Assembly (NCBI GenBank): GCA_044222185.1
Contig: JBGANV010000012.1
Coordinates: 1 to 64,000, forward strand
Direction: 5' to 3'
Source: Planctomycetota bacterium
GTDB lineage: Bacteria; Planctomycetota; GCA-002687715; CAIWVZ01
DNA length: 64,000 nucleotides
Shown here: piece by piece, positions 9,761-20,112 of the stretch
How the letters are laid out: every line of letters begins with the position of its first letter
Position numbering within the stretch: the stretch's first letter is position 1
Notes under the pieces: generated by a model
Told to the model about the DNA's origin: nothing
Databases searched by the model: none
Seen by the model: the letters and a program-made list of their open reading frames with translations, nothing else
Position numbers and translations under genes: made by a program

Positions 9761-10170
9761 CGAAGCGTCGCGTTCGCGTCGGTTCGCGAACGCGCCGCAT
9801 GTCGTACGTGCCGGCGGGCGCGCTGCAGCGGCCTCTGCAGCGCGTCGACCCGCGATGCCAAGGCCTCGATGCGACCTCGGGCACGTCGTGGCAACGCCGG
9901 TCACCAGCCGTGACGCCTGCGTTCGAACTCGGGCGATCGCGGTGCGCCTGCCGCCCGACGAACAGGTGCCGCATGATGATGAGCTCGAACTCCGAGGCTG
10001 AGGCCTCGAGCGTTCAAGGAAACGCCGTGGCCGTCGCGCTTGCGGCCGTCTCCCAAGTGATGGACCGCGGCGCTTTCCGCTCACGACGCGCGCTCCCGGC
10101 GCGGCGCGCGCAGTCCATTCAGGGATCGATGAACCTGCACTCAGCGTGGCGTCATCCTCGGTGCGCCGCG

Positions 10171-12429
10171 TCACAGCGAATCGGGATAGCGGGCCCACGT
10201 CAGCCGGAAGCCCGTCGGCGACGCCGGGTCGAGATAGACGGCCTGAACCGTGATGTCGATTCCCAGAGGCGGCGACGGAGCGACGAAGCCCGCGAACGTC
10301 AGCGTGCTCGTGCCACCGGTGGTCGTCGGCGTCGATGGGAACGCGAAGTTGGCTGCGGGCCCAAAGATGCCGAGACCATCGAGGATCGGGATGAGCGTGG
10401 CGACGTCCAGGCTCAGCACCATGGGCGCGGCGGGCGATGGCCACGGTGTTTGCACGCTCGGAGCGCCGAGACTGAGCGACATCGTGACGGGCGACCCCGG
10501 CGTTCCGCCTTCGAGCCGCACCGCATAGGGCGCACCCGGCGGTGGCGCGAGGGGAACACGGATGATCGTGCCACGGTTCGTCCCGCTGCCGACCACCAGC
10601 GCCATCGTGTTGGACAGGTGCGGCCCTGGGTTCTGAACGTCGATGGCGACGCCGCCGAGGAAGAGCGTGCCCGCGATCTGAGGACTGATGACGCAGTTCA
10701 TGAGCGTGGATCCGAGCCACGTCGACCCGATGAGTTGACCGTCGGCGAAGACTTGCGCGCCCGCGGCAAAGTCATGCCCGTGGATCTGCACCAACACCGG
10801 CGCGGACGACGGCGTCAACGGCGCCATCGACGGCGGCGTGAGACTCGTGATGACGGGAGTCGCGAGGAGGAACGTCGACGGCGCCGTCGTGCCGCCGCCT
10901 GGCGTAGGATTCGTCACGGTGACGGCGATCGGACCCTCGGCTTCCGTGAGAGTTGCCGGGACTTGCGCGGTGAGGTGCGTGGCGTCGACGAGCGTGGACG
11001 GCACGACCGTCCCGTTCCAGCGCACGGTCGACTGCTGAACGAATCCCGTTCCGGTGATCGCGACCGCGAGCGGACCGGACCCCGATAGCGCCTGCGACGG
11101 ACTGAGGCTCGCGAGCGTGGGCGTGGGAAACGCGACTTGCGAGACGCCGACGCCGAACGAGCCGTAGGTCTGCAGCGGTTCACCGTGCGTCAGCACGACG
11201 AACGCATGCACACCGGGGTTCATGGCCACGGGAAAACTGGTCGAGATTCCGAGCGCATTCGGCGACCACCGTGCCAGCGCCTGCTGCGGCCCCATCCACT
11301 CGCCGTCCGACGACGGCCCGAACACCACCACCTCGATCGACGACGTCCCGCCGTTGTACGGAATGAAGTCCGTGCTCAGCGTGTAGAGGCCCGCCTGCGT
11401 CACCTGGAACTCGAGCACCTCGACCGGATCCGTGGGCGTCGCTCCGAGTTGTGCCATGGCACCTCCGAACGGCACGTTGAGGAGTCCGACGCGGTGCCTT
11501 GCGCGAACGGTCGTCGCCGGTCCGCCGCCGTTCGTCGCGAGCCCGGTCACCGTCGACGGCGCGCCGTGACGCCCGTCCGATGCGACGATCGCGGGCAGGC
11601 TGCCGGACGTCGATCCCGCAGCGCTTCCCATGGCGAGATTCCAGTTCGCCGTCGATCCCAGTGCCACGACGTTCCAACGGTTCGCCACTGGCGTGACCGC
11701 GAACGGGAAGCATGTCGTCGTCAGCGTCGACGCGTTGGACGAAGACACCGGAACCGGCGCACCCCCGCAGCTCACGGTGATCGAGAGCGCGGCCGCGGCA
11801 CCGGCCGACGTCGGCTTGCGGAAGACGGCGATCGCGTGCGTTCCGACTCCGAGGTTGTAAGTCCCGGCAACGCCGACGGGGAACTCGCCCGCACTGGCCG
11901 CCCGCGGTCTCCACGTCGCATTCGATCCCGCCTCGAATACGCAGTAGCGCAGCGTGGAATCCTGCGCGTCGACGCGGATCCCGAAGTTGTATCCCGCCGT
12001 CACGGTGAACTGGAACAGCGCCATCGGCACGGCCGCTGGCAGTTGCTGCGTGTAAGTCGACCCGATGGCGAACGCGGGAAGCTGGATCGCCGACGTGCGT
12101 GCGAAGATGGCGTTCGCCGTGCCGCCGGCTCGCGTGATCGAGCCGGTGAGCAGCGGGGCCGCACCGAGCGTCCCGTTGGAGACGAGGCACGCGCCGCCAT
12201 CGGGCTGATTGAGCGAGAGCGCGGTGCCGGCCCCCAGGTCCCAGTTGGACGAGGAGAAGAGCCCATAGGCGTTCCACACTCCGGGCGTCGTCGCCGTCTG
12301 GAACGAATTCGTCGCGCACGACACGATGACTGGCGCCGAACCCAGCGTCCCGAGCGGGCACTGCCCATCGAGGGTCCCGCTCCCGAGGAGCGCCGACAGG
12401 AACGCGAGCGATTGCGTGGTGAGTTTCAC
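10171..12429 (-). CDS. Secreted protein with two IPT/TIG-like domains and the shared C-terminal domain
   Basis: GTG start with GGGAGG RBS and a signal peptide. PTLASLSPS...ITGTGF...VRWNG...VTNPTPGGG and PVITSLTP...IHGHDF are IPT/TIG-like. Confidence 0.82.
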   Translation of the reverse strand: MKLTTQSLAFLSALLGSGTLDGQCPLGTLGSAPVIVSCATNSFQTATTPGVWNAYGLFSSSNWDLGAGTALSLNQPDGGACLVSNGTLGAAPLLTGSITRAGGTANAIFARTSAIQLPAFAIGSTYTQQLPAAVPMALFQFTVTAGYNFGIRVDAQDSTLRYCVFEAGSNATWRPRAASAGEFPVGVAGTYNLGVGTHAIAVFRKPTSAGAAAALSITVSCGGAPVPVSSSNASTLTTTCFPFAVTPVANRWNVVALGSTANWNLAMGSAAGSTSGSLPAIVASDGRHGAPSTVTGLATNGGGPATTVRARHRVGLLNVPFGGAMAQLGATPTDPVEVLEFQVTQAGLYTLSTDFIPYNGGTSSIEVVVFGPSSDGEWMGPQQALARWSPNALGISTSFPVAMNPGVHAFVVLTHGEPLQTYGSFGVGVSQVAFPTPTLASLSPSQALSGSGPLAVAITGTGFVQQSTVRWNGTVVPSTLVDATHLTAQVPATLTEAEGPIAVTVTNPTPGGGTTAPSTFLLATPVITSLTPPSMAPLTPSSAPVLVQIHGHDFAAGAQVFADGQLIGSTWLGSTLMNCVISPQIAGTLFLGGVAIDVQNPGPHLSNTMALVVGSGTNRGTIIRVPLAPPPGAPYAVRLEGGTPGSPVTMSLSLGAPSVQTPWPSPAAPMVLSLDVATLIPILDGLGIFGPAANFAFPSTPTTTGGTSTLTFAGFVAPSPPLGIDITVQAVYLDPASPTGFRLTWARYPDSL

Positions 12430-12599
12430 GGACTTGACCTCCCGGTGATTCGTCTGAGCGAGCGAGGCGGCCCCGGCGCAGCGCCATCCGTGGCGCGTCC
12501 TGGTGGGGCGATCCCGCATCCAAAGCCCAAGAACGCAGGACGTCCTCGGCGAGCGTCACGGCTGGTAGGCTCTTTTCTCCCAGGAGTCCAAACCCCGGC

Positions 12600-13166
12600 A
12601 TGACAGATGGTTCGGAACACGACATCGAGGCGCTGATCGCCGCCATGAAGCGAGGCGACGGAGCCGCGCGCGAGGCGTTGTTCCGCGCGGTCTACGACCG
12701 CGTGAAGGCGATCGCGGCCGGGGCGCTTCGAGCCCGGAGGCCCGGGGATTCGCTGCAGCCGACCGTCCTCGCCCACGAAGCCCTCGAGAGGTTGCTGCCC
12801 GAGCGCAACCTCGCCGATCGGGCCCACCTGCTGGCCCTCGCCGCGACGGCCACGCAGCAGATCATCGTCGACCATGCCCGCCGGAGGCTGGCCCAAAAGC
12901 GAGGCGGCGCATTCGAGCGGGTGACGCTCGCATCGTTGCCCGGCACGCCCTCGGCTGCGCCGGTCGACGCTCTCGACATCCACGAGGCCATCGAAGAGCT
13001 CTCCCGACTCGACTCCCGCCAGGCCGAGATCGTCCGGTTGCGGTTCTTCGGCGCACTCGAAGGCCAGGAGATCGCCACCGTCCTGGAGATCTCCGAGAGC
13101 ACCGTCGATCGCGAATGGCGGGCCGCGCGTGCGTGGCTCAAGGTCCGACTCGCCGATCGTGGCTGA
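12600..13166 (+). CDS. ECF sigma factor, TIGR02999 (Sig-70_X6)-type
   Basis: SLQPTVLAHEAL, IIVDHARRRLAQKRGG and region 4 IVRLRFFGAL...EIATVLEISESTVDREWRAARAWL. Confidence 0.92.
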   Translation: MTDGSEHDIEALIAAMKRGDGAAREALFRAVYDRVKAIAAGALRARRPGDSLQPTVLAHEALERLLPERNLADRAHLLALAATATQQIIVDHARRRLAQKRGGAFERVTLASLPGTPSAAPVDALDIHEAIEELSRLDSRQAEIVRLRFFGALEGQEIATVLEISESTVDREWRAARAWLKVRLADRG

Positions 13167-13190
13167 ACGCGTGACGTCCGGATGAGCGAG

Positions 13191-15824
13191 TCACGGCGCG
13201 CGCACGAGCGGGCGCACGGGGCGGAATCCCACCAGGTTGTTTCGACTCTCCTGCGGCATCGCCGAGTGGCTGGCACAGCGATGCGCGGCCGATCGATCGA
13301 AGTACGACCCCCCGCGCAAGATGCGGGACGTCTTTCCCTCGACGTGTCGCGCGCCCGTGCCCTCGGCGGCCGGAGTGGTGTAGGGCGTGAGGCGGTCGAG
13401 CGTCCACTCGAAGACGTTGCCGTGGACGTCGAACAGTCCGAACGCGTTCGGCAGGAACGAGCCCACCGGCGCGTGGGTCGCATAGCCGTCCGAGCCGGGC
13501 TCCGTCGCCCAATCCGGTGGCCACGTGCCGCGCGAGGCGTCATCGGCCATGTTGCCGTATCGGGGCAAGTCCTCGCGCCGATCTCCGAAGCTCCAGATCG
13601 TCCCGCTTCCCGCACGCGCGGCCCACTCCCATTGCGCTTCAGTCGGCAAGTCAGCCGCGAGCCGACGACAGAAGTCGCGTACGGCCGTGAACGAGACCTG
13701 CTCCACGGGATGGCGGCGCGTGATCCAGTGCCCGAACAGGTAGGCGCCGGCGGACATGGAGCTGGGGTTCGAGCCAGCCACACGAATCCACTGGGCCTGC
13801 GTGCACTCGAACTTGGAGACGAAGAACGGGTCGAGGCGCACGCTGTTCACGGGGCCTTCATCGGGCTGGGCCTCGGGGTCGTAGTGGGTTTCCGTCGGGT
13901 CTTCGGCCTGCGCGCCGATGACGGCGATCCCGCCGGGGATCAGCACGAAGACGATGCCCGTCGTTTCGGTGAACGGGATCGTCCCATCGGCCTGGCGACG
14001 CGGGATGGGCCCTTCGTGGCTTTGAATGTCGAGGAATTCCTGCAGGCCTGTTTTCGGGTCGGCGCCGAGCGGGGCGAGACCGAGGTGGGGACGCAGCTGG
14101 AGGCCTTTGAAGGACTCATGTGCTGCCACGGCGCGGGCCGCGTCCGCCCAAGCATCCGCGTGTGCGGTGATCGACTTCGCTTCGACGGTCGCGGCCCACT
14201 CGCGTCGCGATTCGACTCCGGCCAGAGTTCCCGTGTCGGCCTGTGTGAATTGCCTCAAATCGCTTACGAGGCTTTCCAGGAGCTCGTGTTCCCAAGCCGT
14301 CTCCATGCTCGGAAACGAGAATCCGCCGTTCGCGTCCCGCTCGAGACCAGCTTCGATCGCCGCCAGCGATTCGATGTGCATCGGCAAGCGCGACTTCACG
14401 TACCGGGCCTCCACGAGCCATGTATCGAGCGCAGCGAGCTTGTCGGGGTGCGCGGGCCACAGGTCGCGCGCCTGCGCGATCAGACGCCGGAGCCGCTCGC
14501 GATCGGCGAGGCGCAGCAATCGGTCGAGAGCCTCGCCCTTGGACTTCGCTTGCCCGGCGGAATCGCTCCGCGCGCGATCGAGTTCGACGTTCTTCAACGC
14601 GATCCATGTCGTTCCCCCCAGCAGCAGGACGGCCGCGAGTGCTATGGCGGTGGATGCCGTCGGGTTGCGACGCAGAAGCTTGACGAATCGGTCGAGGCGC
14701 GTCGGTGGTCGCGCGAGGATCGGCTCTCTCGAAAGCCAGCGGCGAAGATCGGCGGCGAACGCGCCGGCGGTCGCGTATCTCCTGGCGGGATCCTTCGCGA
14801 GCGCCGTGCGGAGGATCGTCTCCACGTCGCCGCGCAGGCCCGGGCGGATGGTCGATGGACGCGTCGGCTCGGTATCGCGGATGCGCTGCATCGCGACCGC
14901 TAGCGATTGACCGGTGAGGTCCAGCGGCCGGACCCCCACGAGGAGCTCGTAGAGGATCACGCCCATGGCGTAGACGTCGGTTCGAGGGCCGACGATTGCC
15001 CCCTGGCTACCCGCCTGTTCCGGACTCATGTAGGACGGAGTCCCCATGAGCTGCCCCGTTCGCGTGCGAAGGGACGCGTCTTCCGCTCCCGCGATGTGCG
15101 CCACGCCGAAGTCGAGGACGACGGGGCGGCCGTCGTCGGTCACGAGGATGTTGGCGGGTTTCAGGTCGCGGTGGATGACGCCTTGTCCATGCGCGTGCTC
15201 GACGGCGTCGGCAACGGCGATCATGAGGCGGACGCGGCTTTCGACGTCGAGGTCTCCGTCGGCCGCGTAGGTCGTGAGCGGCTTTCCACGGACGAGATTC
15301 ATGGCGAAGTAGGGGAGGATCGCGCCGCCGTGCGCGAAGGTCCCGGCCGAAATCACGGATGCGATTCCGGGGTGGTCGAGGCGCGCCAGCACGTTGGCCT
15401 CCCGTGCGAATCGGCGCATCGATTCGTCGTCGGCAAGCGGTTCGCGCAACACCTTCAGGGCCACCATTCGCCGCGGTCGATTCTGCTCGGCGAGGAGGAC
15501 GAGCCCCATGCCGCCCCGGCCGAGCGCCCCACGAAGGGTGAACCCGTCGATCGTGGGCGGAAGGCCCGCGAGGACATCGCCGTCGATGCGCGGCTCCGAA
15601 GTCGACGCCAAGAGGTCCGCCAGATCGAGGTTCGGATCGGGCTCCGTGTCCGCGGCGAGCATGGCCGAAACCAGGCGTTCGAGCGCCGGGTCCCCGTCGC
15701 ATTGCGCCGCGATCGCCGCCGGGCGTGAGGCACTCGGCAGATCCACCATGGCGAGGAAGATCTCCGTCGCGCGCCGATGACGCGCGGCGTCATTCGAGTG
15801 GTCTTCGCCGTGGGTTCCGGTCAT
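13191..15824 (-). CDS. Ser/Thr protein kinase with C-terminal FGE-sulfatase (SUMF1)-like domain
   Basis: [24 protein letters not shown] and GTPSYMSPEQ, then a TM helix, then LPTEAQWEWAARAG, PNAFGLFDVHGNVFEW, RGGS and VGFRP. Confidence 0.95.
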   Translation of the reverse strand: MTGTHGEDHSNDAARHRRATEIFLAMVDLPSASRPAAIAAQCDGDPALERLVSAMLAADTEPDPNLDLADLLASTSEPRIDGDVLAGLPPTIDGFTLRGALGRGGMGLVLLAEQNRPRRMVALKVLREPLADDESMRRFAREANVLARLDHPGIASVISAGTFAHGGAILPYFAMNLVRGKPLTTYAADGDLDVESRVRLMIAVADAVEHAHGQGVIHRDLKPANILVTDDGRPVVLDFGVAHIAGAEDASLRTRTGQLMGTPSYMSPEQAGSQGAIVGPRTDVYAMGVILYELLVGVRPLDLTGQSLAVAMQRIRDTEPTRPSTIRPGLRGDVETILRTALAKDPARRYATAGAFAADLRRWLSREPILARPPTRLDRFVKLLRRNPTASTAIALAAVLLLGGTTWIALKNVELDRARSDSAGQAKSKGEALDRLLRLADRERLRRLIAQARDLWPAHPDKLAALDTWLVEARYVKSRLPMHIESLAAIEAGLERDANGGFSFPSMETAWEHELLESLVSDLRQFTQADTGTLAGVESRREWAATVEAKSITAHADAWADAARAVAAHESFKGLQLRPHLGLAPLGADPKTGLQEFLDIQSHEGPIPRRQADGTIPFTETTGIVFVLIPGGIAVIGAQAEDPTETHYDPEAQPDEGPVNSVRLDPFFVSKFECTQAQWIRVAGSNPSSMSAGAYLFGHWITRRHPVEQVSFTAVRDFCRRLAADLPTEAQWEWAARAGSGTIWSFGDRREDLPRYGNMADDASRGTWPPDWATEPGSDGYATHAPVGSFLPNAFGLFDVHGNVFEWTLDRLTPYTTPAAEGTGARHVEGKTSRILRGGSYFDRSAAHRCASHSAMPQESRNNLVGFRPVRPLVRAP

Positions 15825-15945
15825 CGCAACTGTCGGTCGCGTGCTCGCGAGATGGGACTCATCAGGTTTGGCGTGCGTGATGGACGGATGACGCGGCGCC
15901 GGCATCGGACGCGGCTCGCGCGGCGCGGGATCCTACCGCGAGTTA

Positions 15946-16208
15946 GCGCCGGGCTCCGCCCGGCCAAGCGTGTCGGGATGCGATCGGAATCGGTCGTGAG
16001 TTCAGGCGGGGCAGAGCCCTCGCGTCGAGCCAGCCAAGAAGGCCTACGCTCGGCGGCTCGCGGCAGAAGTTCCACGCACGTGATCGCGTGGAGCGCCGGG
16101 TTCCGCCCGGCCGGACGGCAGGGCTCCGCCCTGCCAAGAGCGTCGGGATGCGATCGGAATCGGACGTGAGTTCAGGCGGGGCAGAGCCCTCGCGTCAAGC
16201 CAGCCAGA
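15946..16208. repeat. REP-like cluster: ~88-bp direct repeat (period 170) containing a GGAG double-hairpin unit
   Basis: 15951-16039 is nearly identical to 16121-16208. The unit GGAGC-GCCGGGT-TCC-GCCCGGC-CGGAC-GGCAGGGC-TCC-GCCCTGCC lies at 16090-16135. Confidence 0.8.
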
Positions 16209-16252
16209 ACGCGCGGCGCCCCGCGAGCCGCCCGCGAACTCGACGCGGCGAC

Positions 16253-16392
16253 TCAACGCGGGGCGACGACGGCCATTCGCTCGAGCACGCGATTCCACGA
16301 ATGCGGATCAAGCGCGGCCGGCGCCGCATAGCCCCAGGTCATCTTCACGTACCTGATTCCCGCGACGCGAGCGGCCGCTGCGGCATGCGCCG
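16253..16392 (-). pseudogene. Degenerate 3' fragment of a HAD hydrolase gene (paralogous to 17624-18259)
   Basis: AAARVAGIRYVKMTWGYAAPAALDPHSWNRVLERM vs the intact gene AARAAGIAVGAVTWGYAAPAALRRLSPDLVFERM. Confidence 0.7.
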
Positions 16393-16474
16393 GGAAACAT
16401 GTTCCCTCCCGCGGATCGCCCCCAGCAGCCGGCAGAGCATGGTCTCCCAAAGCTCGGGTCACGAGCCGTGTGCG

Positions 16475-16700
16475 GTTGGCTACGTTTGGCCGCGATCCGC
16501 TCCTGGCTGATGTAGGCCAGCGTCCCGAGGATGTCACCCGACACCGTGAGCGCTGCCTGCGCGCTGTCGACGTCGTGCGCGAGTTCAAAGTCCGGGACGA
16601 CGGGATTCCCGTCGGGCGTCACCATCATGGTTCCAGGCTTCAGCCCCGATGAATCACACCGTGTTCGTGCGCGCCGTGTCCTGCGCACGCGACCGACTCC
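16475..16700 (-). pseudogene. Ser/Thr kinase gene fragment
   Basis: HAHEHGVIHR-like segment, a frameshift, then LKPGTMMVTPDGNPVVPDFELA...SGDILGTLAYISQE. These are degenerate kinase subdomains VI-VIII. Confidence 0.75.
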
Positions 16701-17623
16701 ACGAGCTTCCCAACACGTTGGGTCCGTTCCGGTGACACGCGCGTGTCGCCACTCAAGTGGGTCTCCGCGGTGCTCCGCGCTTCCGAATCAGCGCCGCAGC
16801 CTGAGCCACGGAGCCGGCGATATCGCCTTCGTCCAGGTCTGATAGACCCTGCGGCATCCCTGTGGTCGGTTTCACACCGCGGTTGCACTCTTGGTGGTGA
16901 TGGCCCATTACGCCGGTTCCCTCGCTACTGGGCCGCGATTGACTTGGACACTTCGTCCGCTCGCGTTGTCGCTGCCGTTGTGGATATTGCGTCGGCGGAC
17001 CGTGAGGTGTGCAACATTCGATCGAGTCGATGACGTCATCGTTGGCACGGAGTTGACGTGCCGTGGCGACCCTGCGGCAGCGAAGCTCGCGTGTCGCCGC
17101 TGCTGCTGTCACGCGCGTGGATGCCGGCCAGGCGTCGGCCTCCAGCATCACGATGGGATCCGGGCGGTGTCGGCTCCGGCGGGCACGCGGGCAGCGAGCC
17201 GGCACAACCCCGCATCGGTGCGCACCGTTTCGGGCTGCAACCCCGCGTGCCAACCTGCTGATGGACGCGGTGGAACGTGCGCAGGTTGGTTCGATTGGAG
17301 CGGCGCCTGATTCTGTCCGCGAGTCGTGCCTTGCGATGAGCTTCGGTCCCAGGGCAGCGTGCGCACCGGCGCGCTTGGGGGATCGCGCACTTGGAGAGAC
17401 CGGCATCCGGCGTCGATTTGCGCGCGAGAGAGGATCTCCGTGCACCTGAGGGGAATTGCGGCAATGGGCGCTCGTGATGGCATCCGTCGATCGATGGCTG
17501 CGGCGAGGGCCGCCGCGATCCGTCGGCATGCCGAGCAGGCCGCGCGGCTTCCGCGACCTCGTCGAGTCGATTCCGACGCGCACGCGGTGAACGCCGTTGC
17601 CTGGATCGTCTCGCCACCCGACT

Positions 17624-18259
17624 TCACGCACGGGGGAGGATGGCCAGCGGAATCTCGTCCATTCGCTCGAACACCAGGTCCGGCGACAGACGCCGCAACG
17701 CGGCGGGCGCTGCATATCCCCACGTCACCGCGCCGACGGCGATTCCCGCGGCGCGCGCCGCGTCGACGTCGCGGACCTCGTCGCCGATCGCGATCGCATC
17801 CGAGGCCGCGATGCCTGCGCGCCGAAGGACGCGCTTGAACCGCATGGCCTTGCCAAGAAGCGAGGCGCCGCAGGCGAAGTCGGCGAAGAGTGCGACATTG
17901 GCATCCCCGAGTTGCTTCCGAACGTTCGCTTCGTGATCGGAGCTGACGAGCGCGAGACGCACGCCACCATCCGCGAGCGCTCGCAGCATGGCGTCCGCGC
18001 CCGGGAAGAGGCGGATCTCGGAGAGTTGCGCGGACTTCAATCGTCGCACGTGACGCGTGATCTGCGGCAGCCTCCAGAGCGGAACGCCGAGGCCCTCGAG
18101 GATCTCCCGCGGACCCGCATGACGCAGCGCTTGGAGATCCAGCTCCGCGATCTTCGTGAACCTGAACCGCTCCGCGATGGCGTCCAGATTCCGCAGGAGC
18201 CACGGGAGGCTGTCCACGAGCGTTCCGTCGAGATCGAAGATGACCAGGCGGTAGGGCAT
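17624..18259 (-). CDS. HAD-family hydrolase (phosphoglycolate phosphatase-like)
   Basis: LVIFDLDGTLVDS (motif I), LVSS, K, IGDEVRD and VTWGY. Confidence 0.93.
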   Translation of the reverse strand: MPYRLVIFDLDGTLVDSLPWLLRNLDAIAERFRFTKIAELDLQALRHAGPREILEGLGVPLWRLPQITRHVRRLKSAQLSEIRLFPGADAMLRALADGGVRLALVSSDHEANVRKQLGDANVALFADFACGASLLGKAMRFKRVLRRAGIAASDAIAIGDEVRDVDAARAAGIAVGAVTWGYAAPAALRRLSPDLVFERMDEIPLAILPRA

Positions 18260-18527
18260 GCGCACGTCTCCGCCGCGTCGTGCATGTGGACCTGGCGGAT
18301 CGGTGCGGGAACGTATCAGGCCGAGCTCCTGCGAGCGCACCGTTGCGGCAAGTCGTGTCCCATGCGGCATCTGCGCCGAGTGGCGCGAGCCTCGATACTC
18401 AGGTCGCGCGGATCGGTCTCATTCCGCCGATTCCTCGGAATCGAGCTAGAACTCGCGAACGTTGCCTAAGTTCTCCTGGAAGCCTCATTCACCACGGCCT
18501 GCGGGCCGTCCAACCGAGATGAATCCC

Positions 18528-19349
18528 ATGAACAAGACGCAGTCGACTTTCGCCCGTACCAACTCCGTGCCGAGATTCGCCGCGGGCGCGGCGCTTCTTT
18601 GTGCTTCTCTCCTCGCTCAGGACCTCTCAGTCACCGTGTCGCCGAACCCCGCGCCGCTCGGCGCGACGATCACGGTGACGGCTCAGGATGCGTCTGGCCT
18701 CGGGCTCTACACCCCGTTCGGATGCCTGATCTCTTCGATCCGGTCAGGGACGCCGGGCGGGCCGACCGTCCGCGTCTTTCCGTGCACGTTCCTCGGGGTC
18801 GCGATTCCGCCTTGCCCGGGCGCCGCTGTCCGCACGGGCACATGGAATCAGTCCGTGACCGGAGGCACCGCAGCGCCGGGACTGTATTGGATCGAGATCC
18901 AGAAGTCCGTGGGCCCGTTCGGCGCCATCACGACGGAATGGCACAGCGTCACGATCGATACGGCCGTGCCGTCGGTGCCCGTGCTCTCCGCGGTCAACAC
19001 CCCGACGTGGGGAAACGTGTTCCAGATGGCCGTGAACGCTCCGTCGCACCCGTCGGAGACGTACGTCGTTGCGATGTCGCTCACGACGAACACCGGCCTC
19101 CTCGTCTCGCCCGGCGTCTTCCTCAGCCTCGACCTCGATGCGTTGTTCTTCCTCTCGTTCCCGACGCCGGATCCGATCCTCTTTGCAAACTTCCAGGGCG
19201 TGCTCGATTCCAACGGCGCCGCGACGGGGATCGGGATCAACTTCCCGAACGTCCCGCTCGGCTGCATACCGCTTCACGCGCAGGTCGCGACGGTCGACAG
19301 CTTCGCCAACGTGGCGCTGAGCAATGACCTCCACTTCACCGTTCGGTGA
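18528..19349 (+). CDS. Secreted hypothetical protein (Ig-like N-domain) with the shared C-terminal domain
   Basis: Signal peptide ...ASLLA|QD, VTVSPNPAPLG, and C-terminus FQGVLDSNG...FPNVPLG..LHAQV...LSNDLHFTVR. Confidence 0.8.
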   Translation: MNKTQSTFARTNSVPRFAAGAALLCASLLAQDLSVTVSPNPAPLGATITVTAQDASGLGLYTPFGCLISSIRSGTPGGPTVRVFPCTFLGVAIPPCPGAAVRTGTWNQSVTGGTAAPGLYWIEIQKSVGPFGAITTEWHSVTIDTAVPSVPVLSAVNTPTWGNVFQMAVNAPSHPSETYVVAMSLTTNTGLLVSPGVFLSLDLDALFFLSFPTPDPILFANFQGVLDSNGAATGIGINFPNVPLGCIPLHAQVATVDSFANVALSNDLHFTVR

Positions 19350-19415
19350 GGAGCGCGCGCGACGGGCTCCGCGATCGTCGTTCACCGGCGAGCGCGGCGT
19401 CGCAGCCGGCCCGCG

Positions 19416-19844
19416 TCAGTGCGGCACGTCGAAGACGATCTCGTACTTGATGCCGTCCGGGTCCTTGAAGAAGACGGCGTAGTAGTGCGGGCTGTACTCG
19501 GGGTAGGTCTTGGGAGGCCGCACGATCGTCGCTCCGATCGCGACCAACTCGGCATGCATCCGGTCGACCTCCGCCGGCGACGCGGCTCGGAACGCGAGGT
19601 GGTGCAGCGACCCGGGCTTGCGGCGGTTGACCACGTCGTCTTTGAATGCCGACCGCGGCGACGTGATGGTGAAGTTCAACCGCGGATGCCCGTAGTCGAC
19701 GACGCGGAAGTCGTGCGCTGCGATCGTTGCGTCGACCCGCCGCCGCAGGTCGAATCCGAGCAATGGCATGAGCTTGTCGTAGAAGGGGATGGCCCGGGCC
19801 ATGTCCTTCACGGTCACCTGGATGTGATCGATGATGGGTTCCAT
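19416..19844 (-). CDS. VOC (glyoxalase/bleomycin resistance) family protein
   Basis: IDHIQVTVKD...FYD, GSLHHLAFRA and YYAVFFKDPDGIKYEIV. Confidence 0.92.
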   Translation of the reverse strand: MEPIIDHIQVTVKDMARAIPFYDKLMPLLGFDLRRRVDATIAAHDFRVVDYGHPRLNFTITSPRSAFKDDVVNRRKPGSLHHLAFRAASPAEVDRMHAELVAIGATIVRPPKTYPEYSPHYYAVFFKDPDGIKYEIVFDVPH

Positions 19845-20112
19845 CGGCGCTCCGACGCGGGAATCACGGTGTGGGATTGTTGCGCGGGCGCGATGGTATC
19901 CGCCAGAACCGTGATCGCATGAGGGAACCGGCCCGTTCAGGCCGGCCTTCACGCAGCGCGTGAGAGAGCCGTTGGTACCATCAGGCCCAAATCACGGCGC
20001 CCACCGCATCGCGGATGGCGGCGCCGGCTCCGGATGTTCGACAGGGCGCGCTGCGTCCGGTACAGGTCCGAGGCCGCGAGATCTGGATCCTCCTCGAGAC
20101 TTGAACCTGCCC

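Noticed and set aside
13191-13960. Active formylglycine-generating enzyme
   Set aside because: It lacks the catalytic CxxxxC pair of true FGE, so it is likely a binding domain of the kinase.
16890-17310. ORF with DRVDDVIVG, resembling an FG-GAP repeat
   Set aside because: It is a single short match in otherwise unrecognisable sequence, probably decayed or non-coding.
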